Below, piece by piece: positions 63,401 through 64,000 of a DNA stretch of 64,000 nt (its first letter is position 1; each line of letters opens with the position of its first letter). The notes below the pieces were generated by a model that had not been told where the DNA came from, did not search any database, and worked only from the letters and a program-made list of their open reading frames with translations. Location: NCBI GenBank assembly GCA_951406725.2, contig OX597814.1, positions 51,398,001-51,462,000 on the forward strand. Direction: 5' to 3'. The translations under genes were made by a program, and so were the position numbers. Source of the stretch: Octopus vulgaris (Eukaryota).

Positions 63401-63934
63401 TTATGCAGCTCCTTATTGAAGCAGAATCATGTTGTTGGAAAGCAAATTTCTGACCACACAGACATATATTTCTGTGTTTTTTATTCACCTTGTTTCATTT
63501 TGAAATTTTCATTACAACATATTTTGTTTGACCTTATGAATAATGAAATTTCACCTGCATACAGATCTTTTTTTTTTTTTCTATTGCTGCAAGGTTTACA
63601 CTGATACATTATCTTATATTTCAGTTTAATATTACAACATTAAATCACTGGACTTATTAGATGCATTATTTTAAAATATTTTTGATAGAAACTAAATTTT
63701 GTCTTTCAGCTCTTTAATTTTCGTTAATATCTTTTTGTTTTATAGATTAAATTTGTACGCTCAACATTGGACAATCCACTTTTAGACTTGGCAATTTTAA
63801 CAAAGGCTGATCATTACATTGGAAATTGTATCTCTACATTTTCAGCATTTGGCAAACGATATAGAGATTCATTGAAAAAATCATCATCATTTTGGGCTTT
63901 TGAAAAGAAAACTACAATAAATGAAGAGCTTTGA
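35253..63934 (+). CDS. POFUT1: GDP-fucose protein O-fucosyltransferase 1, 379 aa, 7 exons: 35253-35367, 49955-50070, 52748-52871, 55201-55372, 57645-57840, 60903-61130, 63746-63934
   Basis: In-frame GT-AG exon chain. Hydrophobic signal peptide, then [10 protein letters not shown]|[46 protein letters not shown] and [15 protein letters not shown], ending in the KDEL-like ER-retrieval signal NEEL*. Confidence 0.97.
36541..36823. mobile_element. Foldback MITE with ~75-80-bp CpG-rich TIRs (Merlin-like GG termini)
   Basis: ggtactacttaagaagagtggtc... and ...gaccactcttcttaagtagtacc. Flanks ctaatatt / cttgtatt match 6/8. Interior of tttatttactttg repeats. Confidence 0.75.
37842..38172. mobile_element. 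Inverted pair of Penelope-like terminal repeats with a degenerate hammerhead
   Basis: ttgaataaaatgagacaacaaagcc... pairs with ...ggctttgttgtctcattttattcaa. Right arm has cagatg-gggatat...atatcccc-gacacagctgta. Confidence 0.5.
38750..39516. repeat. Inverted duplication of a ~170-bp CT-rich unit (38750-38915 vs 39347-39516)
   Basis: ttctttctatgtttgtttactctctcct...atcagtcatcccctctttatatatctatc is the reverse complement of the GA-rich block at 39347-39516. Confidence 0.65.
39540..40085 (-). mobile_element. Tandem cluster of three degenerate SINE family A copies
   Basis: Three occurrences of gatgaaa.gcaaagttgacctc...tttgaactcagaa-like cores. Confidence 0.7.
41504..41648. mobile_element. Small MITE-like palindrome
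   Basis: TIRs ggcaaccaatggttt / aaaccattggttgcc, plus an internal hairpin gttcaagtgtacca...tggtacacttgaac. Confidence 0.6.
41812..41849 (+). ncRNA. Minimal type-I hammerhead-ribozyme fold (U4C core variant), with an inverted partner on the - strand at ~41773-41808
   Basis: Stem I actgt/acagt; core CCGACGA; stem II atg-ggaa-cat; GAAA; palindromic stem III actgagt; GUA triplet. Confidence 0.6.
41907..42245 (+). mobile_element. RTE-clade LINE RT fragment with a PHD-like zinc finger
   Basis: [27 protein letters not shown] and [28 protein letters not shown]. Confidence 0.75.
42784..42990 (+). mobile_element. SINE family A, alternative-tail subfamily
   Basis: Same head and core as 45032..45260 but a different 3' tail; 20-bp TSD aatattatgtcaatatctaa (42764-42783, 42991-43010). 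Confidence 0.85.
43671..43772 (-). ncRNA. Type-I hammerhead-ribozyme fold with an extended stem II, within a Penelope-like terminal region
   Basis: Minus strand: stem I tgac/gtca; CTGAGGA; stem II gtgactata...tatagccac; GAAA; catacATA (one stem-III mismatch). Confidence 0.55.
44245..44682 (-). mobile_element. Two tandem SINE family A copies separated by (AAT)n
   Basis: Two copies of gaaaggatgaaa.gcaaagtc...gaatttgaactc...ctaagcattt...tctgccagct. Confidence 0.8.
45032..45260 (+). mobile_element. Full-length young tRNA-derived SINE family A copy
   Basis: A-box-like gctggcagaa, B-box gagttcaaattcc, core gcctttcatcctttcggggtcgataaattaagtaccag; 16-bp TSD aggtattagcagtata (45016-45031, 45261-45276). 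Confidence 0.9.
46438..47098 (+). mobile_element. 5'-truncated CR1-like LINE with an open frame and (ATT)n tail
   Basis: ORF 46466..47056 is homologous to the C-terminal part of 1399..2706; 17-bp TSD attcaattaattaaacc (46421-46437, 47099-47115). Confidence 0.92.
47666..47760. repeat. ~21-bp minisatellite (ggaattattccattttgaat-like), about 4 copies
   Basis: Repeated gaattattcc / gaactattcc units. Confidence 0.55.
48757..48862. repeat. Tandem duplication of a ~53-bp unit
   Basis: atagtttaaga(c)ttattttggttca.tgcacataac.gtgaaatt.aagattt occurs twice. Confidence 0.8.
50124..50512 (+). mobile_element. SINE family B copy
   Basis: Homologous to 59502..59920, including the (TG)n core and the atgactgaaacaagt end. 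Confidence 0.75.
50947..51226. mobile_element. Degenerate hAT-like MITE
   Basis: TIRs cactgtttctcaa / ttgagaaacactg; TSD poorly conserved. Confidence 0.5.
53566..54914 (+). mobile_element. Non-autonomous Helitron/Helentron-like element ends, probably composite
   Basis: 5' aactagaaaagcacttggagagcgcagacctccgccaag; second cagacctctgccaag at ~54549; 3' aacataaccacctttcttggcagaggtaa (sub-terminal inverted repeat). A similar 3' end lies at ~48265-48290. Confidence 0.45.
55503..55720 (+). mobile_element. piggyBac-like MITE
   Basis: TTAA|tcctctagcatt ... aatactaaaggg|TTCA termini. Confidence 0.6.
56452..56655 (-). mobile_element. CR1-like LINE 3' UTR fragment
   Basis: Reverse complement of ~29215-29420, including gtgcacctgagcac and the (ATT)n tail. 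Confidence 0.8.
58062..58332 (+). mobile_element. SINE family B copy with a duplicated head and an internal deletion
   Basis: gagtg.ctgtgtggt occurs twice; matches the head and tail of 59502..59920. Confidence 0.7.
58340..59310 (-). mobile_element. Internally deleted Helitron relic (Rep N-terminal region plus 3' hairpin end)
   Basis: [12 protein letters not shown]...NVRLP...FQNNIRQYN followed by frameshifted FQMTSFGA and GFMPTFKV. 3' hairpin cccaagcaatgctggg then CTTG|T at 58340. Confidence 0.8.
59502..59920 (+). mobile_element. tRNA-derived SINE family B, near full length, with an internal (TA)n/(TG)n
   Basis: A-box-like tggctgtgtggt, B-box-like ggttcagtccc, cttgggcaagtgtctt core; several copies in the window. 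Confidence 0.8.
60700..60760 (+). ncRNA. Minimal type-I hammerhead-ribozyme fold, sense to POFUT1 intron 5
   Basis: Stem I gataa/ttatc; CTGAAGA; stem II gatg-gtgg...ccac-catc; CGAAA; short stem III act-tgg-agt; GUU triplet. Confidence 0.62.
61566..61796 (+). mobile_element. Full-length SINE family A copy
   Basis: 15-bp TSD tgtattttacataca (61550-61564, 61797-61811). Confidence 0.9.
62680..62858. mobile_element. hAT-type MITE
   Basis: TIRs cagtggttc / gaaccactg; perfect 8-bp TSD acctaaag (62672-62679, 62859-62866). Confidence 0.85.
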
Positions 63935-63946
63935 ATTAGTAAAAAA

Positions 63947-63960
63947 AATAAATAAATAAA
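63947..63960 (+). terminator. Overlapping AATAAA signals just 3' of the POFUT1 stop codon
   Basis: aataaataaataaa begins ~13 nt after TGA. Confidence 0.4.
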
Positions 63961-64000
63961 AATTGCTGATTAAACTTTTCAGGACACTTTTTTCAAATGC

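Overview
AT-rich, transposon-dense eukaryotic genomic DNA. The repeat families suggest an octopus (coleoid cephalopod); this is an inference from remembered repeat types. Four host genes are supported. (1) The first coding exon of an ANKRD60-like ubiquitin-like-domain gene on the - strand, which continues off the left edge. (2) A complete 9-exon NDUFV2 on the + strand, head-to-head with it across only 268 bp that contain an RFX X-box. (3) An intact, intronless 926-aa XRN2 on the - strand, tail-to-tail with NDUFV2. (4) A complete 7-exon POFUT1 on the + strand, ending in NEEL. Introns and intergenic DNA hold CR1-like and RTE LINE fragments, two tRNA-derived SINE families, mariner (DD34D), DD37D-like and DD41D-like transposon relics, a Helitron relic, and hAT-, piggyBac- and Merlin-like MITEs. 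The most notable observations are several minimal type-I hammerhead-ribozyme folds of Penelope-like type in POFUT1 introns (two on the sense strand), the intronless XRN2 (candidate retrogene), the X-box bidirectional promoter, and a PHD-like finger embedded in an RTE reverse transcriptase. All calls were made by eye, without database searches.
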